IMG/VR virus record: IMGVR_UViG_3300035517_000038
Span: 1-64,000 of that record
Direction: 5' to 3' (one strand)
DNA from: a virus
Lineage: Duplodnaviria; Caudoviricetes
DNA: 64,000 nt
Below the pieces are notes generated by a model. That model had not been told where the DNA came from. It saw only the letters and a list, made by a program, of their open reading frames with translations, and searched no databases. This document shows, piece after piece, positions 1-9,276 of this stretch. A program made the translations under genes and the position numbers. Every line of letters begins with the position of its first letter. Position 1 is the first letter of the stretch.

Positions 1-2168
1 CACATTGCCCACACAGATTTAGTCCATGCTTGATATTCATAAAAATTAAAAGCTTGTTGGTCAGTAGTATGTGCTACAGCAAAATTAGCAACTTGACTAT
101 CTGATTTAACATTAAAAGATTTCCACTCTGACTTATAAGATTCATCACCTTCTCTGCATATTCTAAAAGAATAATTACCAGCAGTTAAATTTCTAAGAAT
201 AACCTTATGAGTAGTAACAGCAGTATGGTTAGTAGTTAACCAATGTATCCTCTTATATACATCAATGAACTCTCTGACATTACCATCATCTTTATAATGC
301 GTTTCTAATGTAGAAGGGTCAATAGAATATATTGTATGTGTTTTACCGTCAGTATCTTTATACTCTAAATATTCATCATAATCACCAACAGAAATCCAGT
401 TAAAACATTTGGTTGCTCCAGTACCAGCATCAGTAGCTTGGATACCAAAAGTAATAGTTATTGCATTAGGCTTAGTTTCATCAAACGTGGTTCTAGTTCC
501 ATAAATAGACTTACCTTCTTTAGAAGACTTAGGCATAAATCTCCATTTATATGCCTTATCATAATAAGGATAAGCATCATCTCCAGTAGTGTCTAAATTA
601 ATATACGTAGCCAATGTACTAGATTTCTTTGAAGCATAAGCCTTTTGAGCTTGTGAACAAGGGTCAAGCGGGAAAGCTCTAGAGAAGATACAGCGTTTAA
701 TGTCTTCAGTAGCTTTAATCTGAATAGGGCTACCCCCTTCACCCATCACCGTACCACCTTTATTACCCAATACACCAAGTAAATCTATGTAACCTACAGG
801 AGTAGCAGTAGTTGAATAAGGATTAAGAGAACCTATTTTATCAAGTGTAACCCAAGAAGTGCCATTGTGGAATTTGCCTTCTTGAGAACATACTAAATAA
901 AAAGTACCGCCACCCTCTTCAAACTCTATAAGATTACCACTAGAGTTAAACCATTCTTGGTCATATGTAGGAACATCAATAGTTACATTAGAACTATAAG
1001 AACATCTTGCCCCTCTAATAAGGTAAGTAGAGCCTGCTTTAATAGTACCCTTAAGAGCTATGGATTCCCAAGAGGTTTTATCAGGGCCTTTATACAATAA
1101 GTAGATACCATTCAGTTGAGTATCTGAAGTAGACCCATTAGCAAGTTCTACAAAGTTATGTGAGCAAGCGCAGAAAGAGTTAAGCTTAGTTCCTACCCCA
1201 CCTAAGAAAACTGTGTTAATCTTCAGATAATCATTGATATAGGAACCATAAGTCTTAGCAGAACCTATGTTACCATCATAGTTACTATTAACATACCAAT
1301 GAATATCTCCAGATTGGTCAATCTCTAAATTATATTTTGAACCATTTAAAGATTCAAATTGTATTTTGTCAAGCGTAATATCACCTAACAATTCTTTTAA
1401 TTCTTCTTCTGTCATTGTATCATCTGTATCAATATTTCCTCCACCACCAGAGTTTACTATAAATGAGCCTTTGTAATAAACAGCAAAGGACATCAAATCC
1501 GTAATAAATATAGGCTCACCATCTATAAGATTATTTTTATTATTCATAAAATTAGTAGAGGTGTCCATCTTAATAGATATATTAGGAATAGTGCAAGCAT
1601 TATCAGGAACAATAGGCTCATACTCATCCTCAGAATCCCCTTCATCTGAACTAGAATCCTCAGGCTGTATTTGAGTATTAGAGGTAGACATCATCTGTGT
1701 CCTACCTCCTACCTTTGAATTACCTGCTACAGCACCATACTGAAGTAAATGGTTAAGAGCATCTACTTTCTTTCTAAGATAAGCAATCTCTTCTCTTAGC
1801 TCTGATAGATTACCTTCTTCATTAATTTCAGCATCCCCAGCAGGGTCAAACCACAAAGCGGTTTCATCGTCAGGTTCATTATAAGAAACTACCACATTAT
1901 CACCGCCAATAGGCACCCAAGTTTCTGTATCATTATAAACATATAATTCTTGAGTATCTTGAGCAAATGCTATAGTACCTACGGAATATTCGCCATCATA
2001 AAGTACATCCTTAGTAGCCACTACTATTACAGTGTCCGCTTCTTGTACTAATGGTAACCAAGAACCATTATTAAAATATAAGAGTTTATGGTTTTTAATA
2101 TTATGCCAAATTAACTCTTTATCTAGAGGTTCTCTTTTTGTACTTAATATACCTCTAAATTTTCTCAT
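1..2168 (-). CDS. Large protein with lamin-tail domain, purple-acid-phosphatase FN3-like domain and the start of a metallophosphoesterase domain (3' end outside window)
   Basis: Not in the ORF track because it runs off the edge. ATG at 2168 overlaps the portal stop (ATGA). Hand translation gives MRKFRGILSTK..., an LTD-like segment SHNFVELANGSTSDTQLNGIYLLYK...LKGTIKAGSTYLIRG, a PAP N-terminal-like segment PNAITITFG...CFNWISVG...HKVILRNL...YSFRI, then FAVAHTTDQQ (first metallophosphoesterase motif). Confidence 0.75.
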   Translation of the reverse strand, partial: MRKFRGILSTKREPLDKELIWHNIKNHKLLYFNNGSWLPLVQEADTVIVVATKDVLYDGEYSVGTIAFAQDTQELYVYNDTETWVPIGGDNVVVSYNEPDDETALWFDPAGDAEINEEGNLSELREEIAYLRKKVDALNHLLQYGAVAGNSKVGGRTQMMSTSNTQIQPEDSSSDEGDSEDEYEPIVPDNACTIPNISIKMDTSTNFMNNKNNLIDGEPIFITDLMSFAVYYKGSFIVNSGGGGNIDTDDTMTEEELKELLGDITLDKIQFESLNGSKYNLEIDQSGDIHWYVNSNYDGNIGSAKTYGSYINDYLKINTVFLGGVGTKLNSFCACSHNFVELANGSTSDTQLNGIYLLYKGPDKTSWESIALKGTIKAGSTYLIRGARCSYSSNVTIDVPTYDQEWFNSSGNLIEFEEGGGTFYLVCSQEGKFHNGTSWVTLDKIGSLNPYSTTATPVGYIDLLGVLGNKGGTVMGEGGSPIQIKATEDIKRCIFSRAFPLDPCSQAQKAYASKKSSTLATYINLDTTGDDAYPYYDKAYKWRFMPKSSKEGKSIYGTRTTFDETKPNAITITFGIQATDAGTGATKCFNWISVGDYDEYLEYKDTDGKTHTIYSIDPSTLETHYKDDGNVREFIDVYKRIHWLTTNHTAVTTHKVILRNLTAGNYSFRICREGDESYKSEWKSFNVKSDSQVANFAVAHTTDQQAFNFYEYQAWTKSVWAM

Positions 2169-4552
2169 TTGCTTGCAGTTTTATTGGATTTAGCAATTTG
2201 TTGTCTCTTTAAATCTGAATCAACTTTAAGCTTTTCTCTATCAAACTTAAGTCTTTCATCAAACTGTCTTATATTTTCAGCAAGCTTTGCTTTATCAGTA
2301 GCAGAAACTTCATCTATACCATCATCTACAGGCATCATCTTTGACATTGCATTAATATTGGCAATGATAACTTTAGTTTCATTATCACGCTGATTAAGCA
2401 TATCTTCTTGCTGCCTTCTTGCTTCTTCCTGCTGCATAAGCATCTGTTGCTGTTGTTGCTGCATTTCCATCTCTTGCTGTTGAGCTTGTTGCTGACTTTC
2501 TTTAACTCTTTTCTCAGAGTTTTCAAGCATCTTTCGCTTTTCAGAAAGAGAAGCACTGGAATACAGATTAAGCAAAGTTGAGAAATCAATAAGCTGATTC
2601 TGCATAGCAGCTTGAGCTAGTTGAGGAATAATCTGCTTCAACTCCTGTGTATCAGAACCATTATCTACAACAAGACCGTAGTCTGCTTCTGAAAATTCAT
2701 CACCATCAATTTCTACCATCTTATCTATACCATTGGGTAAGATATATTGGAATTTCTTTGAACGGCCCTTAAGAGCTATCTTAGCAGTTTCCAAGAAACA
2801 TTCTACAACTCTTTTTCTAATACTATCATGAGTAGCGAATAACCATTCTGTAATATGGGAAGATTGTAGAGTTGCTCTTTCTACACCACCTACAGTTTCT
2901 CTATTAGCTACCTGACCTTCTCTTTGTCTATTAATACCTGATACTTCTCCAATCTCAGTTTTAATATATTCAAGAATATTTACATACTGTTGTATAGAAT
3001 TACCAAGTTCCGCATTAATAGAACCTCTTGAGTTATTATTAAAAGCTGCTACTACCTTACCAGCAGCTGCACCAGTTTTACCCTCATTAAGGCTATCAAT
3101 AACAGCAATATGATTTACTTTAGCATAATGCATCCACTTAGCCACTGACCAACCACTAGGAATTTTAGAAAGGTCGAGTTCAAGAATAGTACCCCAGTTA
3201 GCTTCTATCAACTTATTAAGTCTATCATGAATAACATCATACAGATAAGAATAATTCTTCATCTTATCTACAAGAGAGAAAGGAGGTCTACCTTCAATAC
3301 CGTAAATAGAACCAATAATACCAAAGTGGCATCTAGAAGGATTAGAGAGTCTATTATACTGAATTACTCTAGGTCTCATGTTTACATAAACATTCTCACC
3401 TATCTTAGTACCTTCCCAAGCTTCATTAATCCAAAGAATCTTTTCTTCTTCACCTAGATTTTTATTACAAACATATTGCTCGGTTCTAAGTTTGAAAAGC
3501 TCCTCACCAGTTTCTTCATCATAGTATTTAATCCTCTTAATCTTTCTACGAGATTTCCAATAAACTCTAAGAACTCTGACATTACCAAATCTATCAAAAG
3601 GTGCTAAATAACAAGAGGTGTTATCTTGTCTAGCTAATGGATTCCAGAAGAAATCCTCTGCACTAGTCATCTCCTGATTTAATGCTGTAACTGCCACTTG
3701 AGAATTACGTTCATCTACATTGTCCATCTCATCTACTGTAGCACCTTGTTTATTAGCACCATTCTCAATATAAGCAGTGTCTTTATTAGTAAGTACATCA
3801 TAGAAAGTATCAATAACTCTACCAGGGTTCCAATAACTTTCTAAAATAACCAGGTCTGCATCCTCGATTCTATTAGAAGTACCAGACCTGTAGACTCTAA
3901 GAGAGTTAGGGTCTACTCTCTCTAATGTAGGCTCACCTCCTACAATATCTGTCTGATAAATTTCCTCACCGCATATAAGAGCATCAATAAAACCATTATT
4001 GAAAATAGAATCAAAATCATACTCTTTTTCATAATGATTAAGTAAGTAAGTGGCTCTCATCTCTCTAGCATCTTGCCAAGAGTATGTAAAAAAATCACTA
4101 AGCTTTTCAAGTTTAGCATTAAATTCATCCTCTGATTGGGAGGTATCTTGAATTTCTTGCTGTACTAAGGAAAACAGTTGAAGAGCTTTCTCATCTTCTT
4201 TTTCAGAAATAGCTGTAGGATTAGTGACTATAACTCTATAATCAAAACCCCTAGCCCTTTCCTCACCTATAAGAACATCCAGCTTAGAGTTCATTATGGG
4301 ATAGTGCTGTATTCTTTCAGGTACATAATCTACGTCTTTTACACCTTCAGGATTTACTACAAGTTGTAAATCTTTCATATGTAAAATACCATGATATAAA
4401 TCATAATTAATTTTCTTTTGATATGTGCTTTTTCTAACAGCATCTCCATCAAAAATAGATTGATTATCTACCCAATCTATTACAGACTTTCTCCATGTTT
4501 TACTCTTAGCTGAGAATGATAATTGTTGTCTGGGAAAACCTTTTGTTAACAT
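2165..4552 (-). CDS. Portal protein (crAss-like)
   Basis: 795 aa, directly downstream of the terminase; crAss-portal-like motifs (HYPIMNSKLDVLIGEE, WINEAWEGTKIG, GINRQREGQV...ETVGGVER); Gln-rich coiled-coil C-terminus. Confidence 0.9.
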   Translation of the reverse strand: MLTKGFPRQQLSFSAKSKTWRKSVIDWVDNQSIFDGDAVRKSTYQKKINYDLYHGILHMKDLQLVVNPEGVKDVDYVPERIQHYPIMNSKLDVLIGEERARGFDYRVIVTNPTAISEKEDEKALQLFSLVQQEIQDTSQSEDEFNAKLEKLSDFFTYSWQDAREMRATYLLNHYEKEYDFDSIFNNGFIDALICGEEIYQTDIVGGEPTLERVDPNSLRVYRSGTSNRIEDADLVILESYWNPGRVIDTFYDVLTNKDTAYIENGANKQGATVDEMDNVDERNSQVAVTALNQEMTSAEDFFWNPLARQDNTSCYLAPFDRFGNVRVLRVYWKSRRKIKRIKYYDEETGEELFKLRTEQYVCNKNLGEEEKILWINEAWEGTKIGENVYVNMRPRVIQYNRLSNPSRCHFGIIGSIYGIEGRPPFSLVDKMKNYSYLYDVIHDRLNKLIEANWGTILELDLSKIPSGWSVAKWMHYAKVNHIAVIDSLNEGKTGAAAGKVVAAFNNNSRGSINAELGNSIQQYVNILEYIKTEIGEVSGINRQREGQVANRETVGGVERATLQSSHITEWLFATHDSIRKRVVECFLETAKIALKGRSKKFQYILPNGIDKMVEIDGDEFSEADYGLVVDNGSDTQELKQIIPQLAQAAMQNQLIDFSTLLNLYSSASLSEKRKMLENSEKRVKESQQQAQQQEMEMQQQQQQMLMQQEEARRQQEDMLNQRDNETKVIIANINAMSKMMPVDDGIDEVSATDKAKLAENIRQFDERLKFDREKLKVDSDLKRQQIAKSNKTASK

Positions 4553-4588
4553 AATTCAATTCTCATATTTTTACATAAATTTAATATA

Positions 4589-4620
4589 CAAAACTAACAA
4601 AAAAATCCCACAAAACCAAC
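4589..4620 (-). promoter_or_regulatory. Bacteroidetes sigmaA-type promoter upstream of portal
   Basis: Minus strand GTTG-N20-TAGTTTTG matches the -33 TTTG / -7 TAnnTTTG consensus. Confidence 0.6.
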
Positions 4621-4664
4621 AGGTTAAGTAGGATTTTTTCACGTTCCAAAGCTTTTTACTATTT

Positions 4665-6905
4665 TTACTGCCAAGTTTCCCAAGCATCATTATAGTTATT
4701 AGTAAAGAAGGGGTCATTACTTCTTCCACTTCCTGTAGGCCTATCTTCTCTATTGTTATTCATATCACCTTGATATAGTATCATCTTTTCTTCCCTATAA
4801 AGCATAACCATACCCAAGGCTCTAACACGGTCAACATTTATATCAGGATTACACATGATAAGCTCTTTAATCAAAGCTCTATTCCTAATAAAGTAAAGAT
4901 TACTAACAGTAGTTTCTTTTTCCTCTTCACCATCCTTAATGATAGTCGGCACTGGTTTAAGCAACCAATTTCTAATAAGGTCATTGGCATAATTATTAAT
5001 AGGAAGAGTAGCATTAATGCCCTTAGCACTATTACCATAACCAGTAACCTTAATCAACTGCTTGTCTTTCAAATACTCAGGTGTATCAGCAAGTAAGTGT
5101 GTGCAGTTTCTCATACTGAAGTAGGAGAACAAGCCCTTTTTATTTTGCTCATACATACATTTAGCATTGTAAAATAAACATAAAGCTCTGACTAACTCAA
5201 AATTATCATCTGCATATTCTTGTCTACCTGTATATTCGGCTACTATTTTGTCTGTATATAAATCAAGAACAATAGTAGAAGTAAGAGACATAGTATCTGC
5301 AGCATCAGAGTCAACAGGGTCATGTCCTATAATATATCTATCAGTAGGAATTTGACCTTGAGCATTTCTTTCAGGCATTTGGAATATTTCAACAGCTCCC
5401 TTTACCTTATTATCTTTAGTTGGAAATTCCCTAATAGGTTCATCTCCAGTAGGATAGAATTTAGCTTCACCATTACTACCTATAGTAACTGTACCTGTTA
5501 ATACATCGTTGTATTCATTAGGATTAGCATCTAATTGATTAAGCCTTTCTGTTAAAGGAGTTACAGGGAACATATTACCCTTAGTACGCAAGATAGCTTC
5601 TTGTGGGGTAATAGGAATTTCAGCAATAGTCTTGGTGATAGCATTTATATCGCTGGAGTTATACTTTACCCTATATCTATCTGCTAATATCTCAAGTATA
5701 GCCTTGGTTACATCAGAGTTACCATCTTTATCATAGCACCCTTTTCTATTTATATAACCAGGAAAAAAGAATGTAATATTAGGTCTACCTTGCCCTTCTA
5801 AATCATAGACATTAGGCAATGCTAACATTCTATAACCATTGGGGTTATATACAATCTCAGCAGCACCAGAGAAGTCTGATTCATCATCACCAGCAGTACC
5901 AATGAGATACATTTGCCCGAATGAAAATTCACCTTCTTGAACAGAAGGAAGAAGAATCTGATAAAGTTCAAGCACATTCTTGAATGAACCAAACTCCTCA
6001 ATTACAATAAAATGCAAACGTTTACCACGGACTTTACCAGGGTCATCTTTTGCAGATACACCATATACTTCATTAAGAGTACCTCTTTCTGTACCCGTAT
6101 CCAAATCTTTATAACCCATTTTCCATACCATATCCTGCATAGAAGATTTTAATCTCTTATTAGGATATTGAGTATTCTGAGCTAGGAAGTCAATATACGC
6201 TTGGAATTTATTAAGGATACCATCAGAAGTTAAGAACTGTTTATTGTAAGCAGTTGCCATACATTTAACTTGTTCACATACATCTTCCGACTCTCCTAAG
6301 ACAAAGAGCCTTGCCATAATAGCAGCCATACTAAGAGACTTGGATTTACCACGAGAGCTAATCTCACAACCATGCTTACCCTCATTTCTAGCTTTCTCTA
6401 TATAATGGAGTCTCCAATAAATACCTTCCCAAAATTCAGGAAAGTCAATAACACGGGCACCCCTCTTAGACCCTTTAATAGTTTTAGTCTGCGGAATAGG
6501 ACAATAGTTCAAAAAGAAATATAAACTACCAGGCACCCATTCACCATCTGAAGGTCTTACATAACCTTCTCTGCATCTTCTAATCTCTTCCCAAAACCAT
6601 TTACCATATTCAGAATTAGGATTAGGATTAGGTCTCAGGTAGGTATAGCAACCATGCTCTTTATAAAATAATGCTGCAGGTCTAAAGTAATCCATATCCT
6701 CTAATATATGAGGGTGGGAAACATCTACTATAATTCTACCTTGCTCATCCCTTTCTAAGTCTTTAGCTCTAGGTCTTCCCTCACTAATCATATATTTAAT
6801 AAAGGGCGAGTTATTAGTAAAATTAAAGAACTGTTCTTGTACCTCATCAGGATAAGATAGCAATTGCAGTTCTTCAGGTGTTGATTGAAATTTATTATAC
6901 TCCAT
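4665..6905 (-). CDS. terL: Terminase large subunit
   Basis: Walker A-like SSRGKSKS, Walker B FIVIEEFG, coupling motif LIGTAG, RNase H-like nuclease YIIGHDPVD and C-terminal NVDRVRAL; adjacent to portal. Confidence 0.92.
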   Translation of the reverse strand: MEYNKFQSTPEELQLLSYPDEVQEQFFNFTNNSPFIKYMISEGRPRAKDLERDEQGRIIVDVSHPHILEDMDYFRPAALFYKEHGCYTYLRPNPNPNSEYGKWFWEEIRRCREGYVRPSDGEWVPGSLYFFLNYCPIPQTKTIKGSKRGARVIDFPEFWEGIYWRLHYIEKARNEGKHGCEISSRGKSKSLSMAAIMARLFVLGESEDVCEQVKCMATAYNKQFLTSDGILNKFQAYIDFLAQNTQYPNKRLKSSMQDMVWKMGYKDLDTGTERGTLNEVYGVSAKDDPGKVRGKRLHFIVIEEFGSFKNVLELYQILLPSVQEGEFSFGQMYLIGTAGDDESDFSGAAEIVYNPNGYRMLALPNVYDLEGQGRPNITFFFPGYINRKGCYDKDGNSDVTKAILEILADRYRVKYNSSDINAITKTIAEIPITPQEAILRTKGNMFPVTPLTERLNQLDANPNEYNDVLTGTVTIGSNGEAKFYPTGDEPIREFPTKDNKVKGAVEIFQMPERNAQGQIPTDRYIIGHDPVDSDAADTMSLTSTIVLDLYTDKIVAEYTGRQEYADDNFELVRALCLFYNAKCMYEQNKKGLFSYFSMRNCTHLLADTPEYLKDKQLIKVTGYGNSAKGINATLPINNYANDLIRNWLLKPVPTIIKDGEEEKETTVSNLYFIRNRALIKELIMCNPDINVDRVRALGMVMLYREEKMILYQGDMNNNREDRPTGSGRSNDPFFTNNYNDAWETWQ

Positions 6906-7465
6906 TAGCTAAGCTTTTTAAATCCATCATCAAGCAAGGTCTTTTGATTACCACCTCTTGCTCTACCCTCTTCCTCAATCTCTTTAGATACAATTCTTTC
7001 AGCCTCTATAACATCCTTCGATAATTGAGGAACCTGTCTAATAGCTTGAGTTATACTATTGATAGTATATTTAGGCTTGCCCTTATCATCTACTTCATAC
7101 AAGTCTACGTGCTCTAGAAAATCTGATAATTTATCAATTGCTACTTTAGTGCTTTGCAGAAGCTTATAGGAAATAGTGATAATATGCTTTTTATAAATAT
7201 CAATAGCATATTGTAAATCTTCATCAATTTCAAAATCTAAGGGAAGTCCTTCTTGTTTTAAAATCTCTCTCAGTCTTTCCTCTTCATCTACTATATAGCT
7301 GTAACTACTTCTAGGGTCTACTAGGAAATACATAATAGATAACTGCTGCATAAACTTTTCTTTATTCTTAGATTTATCAGCATTGTATAAATCCCTAATA
7401 GGTTTAATTAGGAAAGCCTCTTGTGTAGGCTTTATTTCATATTGTACGTATTCTACTAAATGCAT
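6905..7465 (-). CDS. Conserved crAss-like protein upstream of terminase (small terminase candidate)
   Basis: 186 aa helical ORF translationally coupled to terL; function inferred from position only. Confidence 0.5.
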   Translation of the reverse strand: MHLVEYVQYEIKPTQEAFLIKPIRDLYNADKSKNKEKFMQQLSIMYFLVDPRSSYSYIVDEEERLREILKQEGLPLDFEIDEDLQYAIDIYKKHIITISYKLLQSTKVAIDKLSDFLEHVDLYEVDDKGKPKYTINSITQAIRQVPQLSKDVIEAERIVSKEIEEEGRARGGNQKTLLDDGFKKLS

Positions 7466-7471
7466 ATAAAC

Positions 7472-7503
7472 AAAAATAAAGCCCAGCCTTAATAGGCTAG
7501 GCT
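7472..7503 (-). terminator. Intrinsic terminator
   Basis: Minus strand AGCCTAGCCT-ATTA-AGGCTGGGCT followed by TTATTTTT. Confidence 0.65.
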
Positions 7504-7508
7504 GTTAA

Positions 7509-7940
7509 TTAAACAATTATATCGGAAGCTGGCATTATGATAGAGGTTTTCTTAGGAATTTCAACCTCTTCCTCTTCATAATCAGTAATAACAAATTCAA
7601 TATCTCTATCTTCAATCAGAAGGCAGTCTGAACCATCTACAGTAACAAAATCAAAATTGTAACCCACAATAGGATTACCACCTTCAATATCTTGTCTAAT
7701 TGAATCTTTATCATATTTCTTTACAGCATATCTAGTAGGGTCAATAGCTACCAAATCACCAACATCAACACCTCTAACAGAGCTACCAACAGCAATGACT
7801 TTTTGATACTCTTTCAGTGTACCTTGTTGCTTATCAACTTCAATAATTGAACCATTGTAAGAATCTTCTTCATATTTCTCAGCAGTAGTAACCAGTTTAT
7901 TAAACATCGGCTTCACTGCCTTCACATTTATCATTTTCAT
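7509..7940 (-). CDS. GroES-like co-chaperonin
   Basis: VKPMFNKLV...GSIIE...KVIAVGSSVRGVDVGDLV...LLIEDRDIEFVI follows the Cpn10 pattern. Confidence 0.7.
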   Translation of the reverse strand: MKMINVKAVKPMFNKLVTTAEKYEEDSYNGSIIEVDKQQGTLKEYQKVIAVGSSVRGVDVGDLVAIDPTRYAVKKYDKDSIRQDIEGGNPIVGYNFDFVTVDGSDCLLIEDRDIEFVITDYEEEEVEIPKKTSIIMPASDIIV

Positions 7941-8199
7941 ATTTACTTCTTAACTTCTTTACATATTCCATCTGCCTCTTGGCTTTTCCTATTTTCTCGT
8001 AATCTGTATATAATTTACCTAATGATGGAATATTTATATTAGTTCGATACTTTTTAAATTCTTCTTCAGTAATGTTCCCCTTTAGAGGAAAATCTTCTAT
8101 ATAACTTTTGATAGTTCGCCAATAGGTATTATAAGTTTTTCTTATAATATCTACTGGCAACCCTGTATCTTTAGAAAGCTTTTCTAGTACGCTATTCAT
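7900..8199 (-). CDS. IHF/HU-like DNA-binding protein
   Basis: N-terminal helices LEKLSKDTGLPVDII followed by NINIPSLGKLY, resembling the HU/IHF 'v.i.gfG.F' strand; IHF-like genes are typical near the crAss terminase. Confidence 0.55.
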   Translation of the reverse strand: MNSVLEKLSKDTGLPVDIIRKTYNTYWRTIKSYIEDFPLKGNITEEEFKKYRTNINIPSLGKLYTDYEKIGKAKRQMEYVKKLRSKYENDKCEGSEADV

Positions 8200-8590
8200 T
8201 CTTCTTTAAATCCTTTATATCAAAGTATAACAGAAGCTGAACACAACCATTTTCCTCATTTATAGTGGGAATAAGTTTGGGATTAAGAACTCCATCAACT
8301 ACGATTTTGCTTTTCCTAAACTTACCCATAATAAGTTGAAAATGCTGCAAAGACATATTGCACTCTTGTCTTATCTTCTTCTTAGTATCCTCATTCATTA
8401 GGATAGTATTAAGAAGCTCCTCATCAAGAATCTTTTTAGAAAGCTCATATCTTGTTTTAAGAAAACAAGCGGCAATATCCATTTCTCTGTCAGTAAGATT
8501 ATGCACTGGTCTCAGGAAATCTAACCAATAGCGAAAGAAATTCTTTTCTAAAGAGGAGGGTATTCTAATAACTTTATCTACCCTCCCCAT
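8192..8590 (-). CDS. Hypothetical protein, possible winged HTH
   Basis: 132 aa ORF in the operon; LTDREMDI...KKIRQECNMS...MGKFRKSKIV is HTH-like. Confidence 0.55.
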   Translation of the reverse strand: MGRVDKVIRIPSSLEKNFFRYWLDFLRPVHNLTDREMDIAACFLKTRYELSKKILDEELLNTILMNEDTKKKIRQECNMSLQHFQLIMGKFRKSKIVVDGVLNPKLIPTINEENGCVQLLLYFDIKDLKKNE

Positions 8591-8592
8591 AA

Positions 8593-8868
8593 TTATTCAG
8601 CTTTTGTAGGTTCCTCAGTAGGATACATAATATCGCTGTATTCCTTAACTGCCTTATCTACTACATCAGCAGGGAATTTATCAGCCAACTTAATCAGCTT
8701 ATGCAGGAACTCCAATCTAGCATAACCCTGCTGGTTCTGCAGTTGTGCAATCTGTTGCTGCATTTGATTAATAATACCCTTAGCTCTTTCAAGTTGTTCG
8801 CTAGTTTGAGCAGCAATAGTTTCAAGTTCTTCGTAAGACAGCTTAGTCTTTTCTGTGTTCTCTTCCAT
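8593..8868 (-). CDS. Coiled-coil hypothetical protein
   Basis: 91 aa, tightly packed in the operon, Gln-rich heptads. Confidence 0.65.
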   Translation of the reverse strand: MEENTEKTKLSYEELETIAAQTSEQLERAKGIINQMQQQIAQLQNQQGYARLEFLHKLIKLADKFPADVVDKAVKEYSDIMYPTEEPTKAE

Positions 8869-8870
8869 AA

Positions 8871-9080
8871 TTAATTATTTAAATATTTAAATCCGTATTT
8901 ATTTTCATACATATCTTCCCATTTATCTATAGTAGTGGTCTCAATATTAGCATTACCACACTCATCACAAAATAATAAATCAGGAAGTCCAGCATCTTTA
9001 ATATTTAATGATAAACAATGTGTACAATAATACACTGGTTCATCATCATACTCAGGTTTTAACCTTCTCGGTGTTTCCAT
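8871..9080 (-). CDS. Small Zn-ribbon protein
   Basis: CxxC (CTHC) and CxxC (CDEC). Confidence 0.7.
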   Translation of the reverse strand: METPRRLKPEYDDEPVYYCTHCLSLNIKDAGLPDLLFCDECGNANIETTTIDKWEDMYENKYGFKYLNN

Positions 9081-9082
9081 AG

Positions 9083-9217
9083 TTAATCATCCTCGCAATA
9101 AATTAATTCGTAATTACTACTCTTGAAGATTTTAACAATAGACTCTTTTGCTATTTCTTTCTTATTCATCAGTCTAATCAATTCCCCAAGATTATCAGCT
9201 ACTAAATGTTTGTACAT
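9083..9217 (-). CDS. Small hypothetical protein (44 aa)
   Basis: Hand-translated MYKHLVADNLGELIRLMNKKEIAKESIVKIFKSSNYELIYCEDD; fills the gap between the promoter and the Zn-ribbon gene. Confidence 0.55.
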   Translation of the reverse strand: MYKHLVADNLGELIRLMNKKEIAKESIVKIFKSSNYELIYCEDD

Positions 9218-9240
9218 AACTGTTAAGTATTTTAGTTATA

Positions 9241-9272
9241 CAAAGGTAAGTAAAATATTTTAAACTACCAAA
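9241..9272 (-). promoter_or_regulatory. Bacteroidetes sigmaA-type promoter
   Basis: Minus strand TTTG-N20-TACCTTTG, a perfect consensus. Confidence 0.8.
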
Positions 9273-9276
9273 TATT

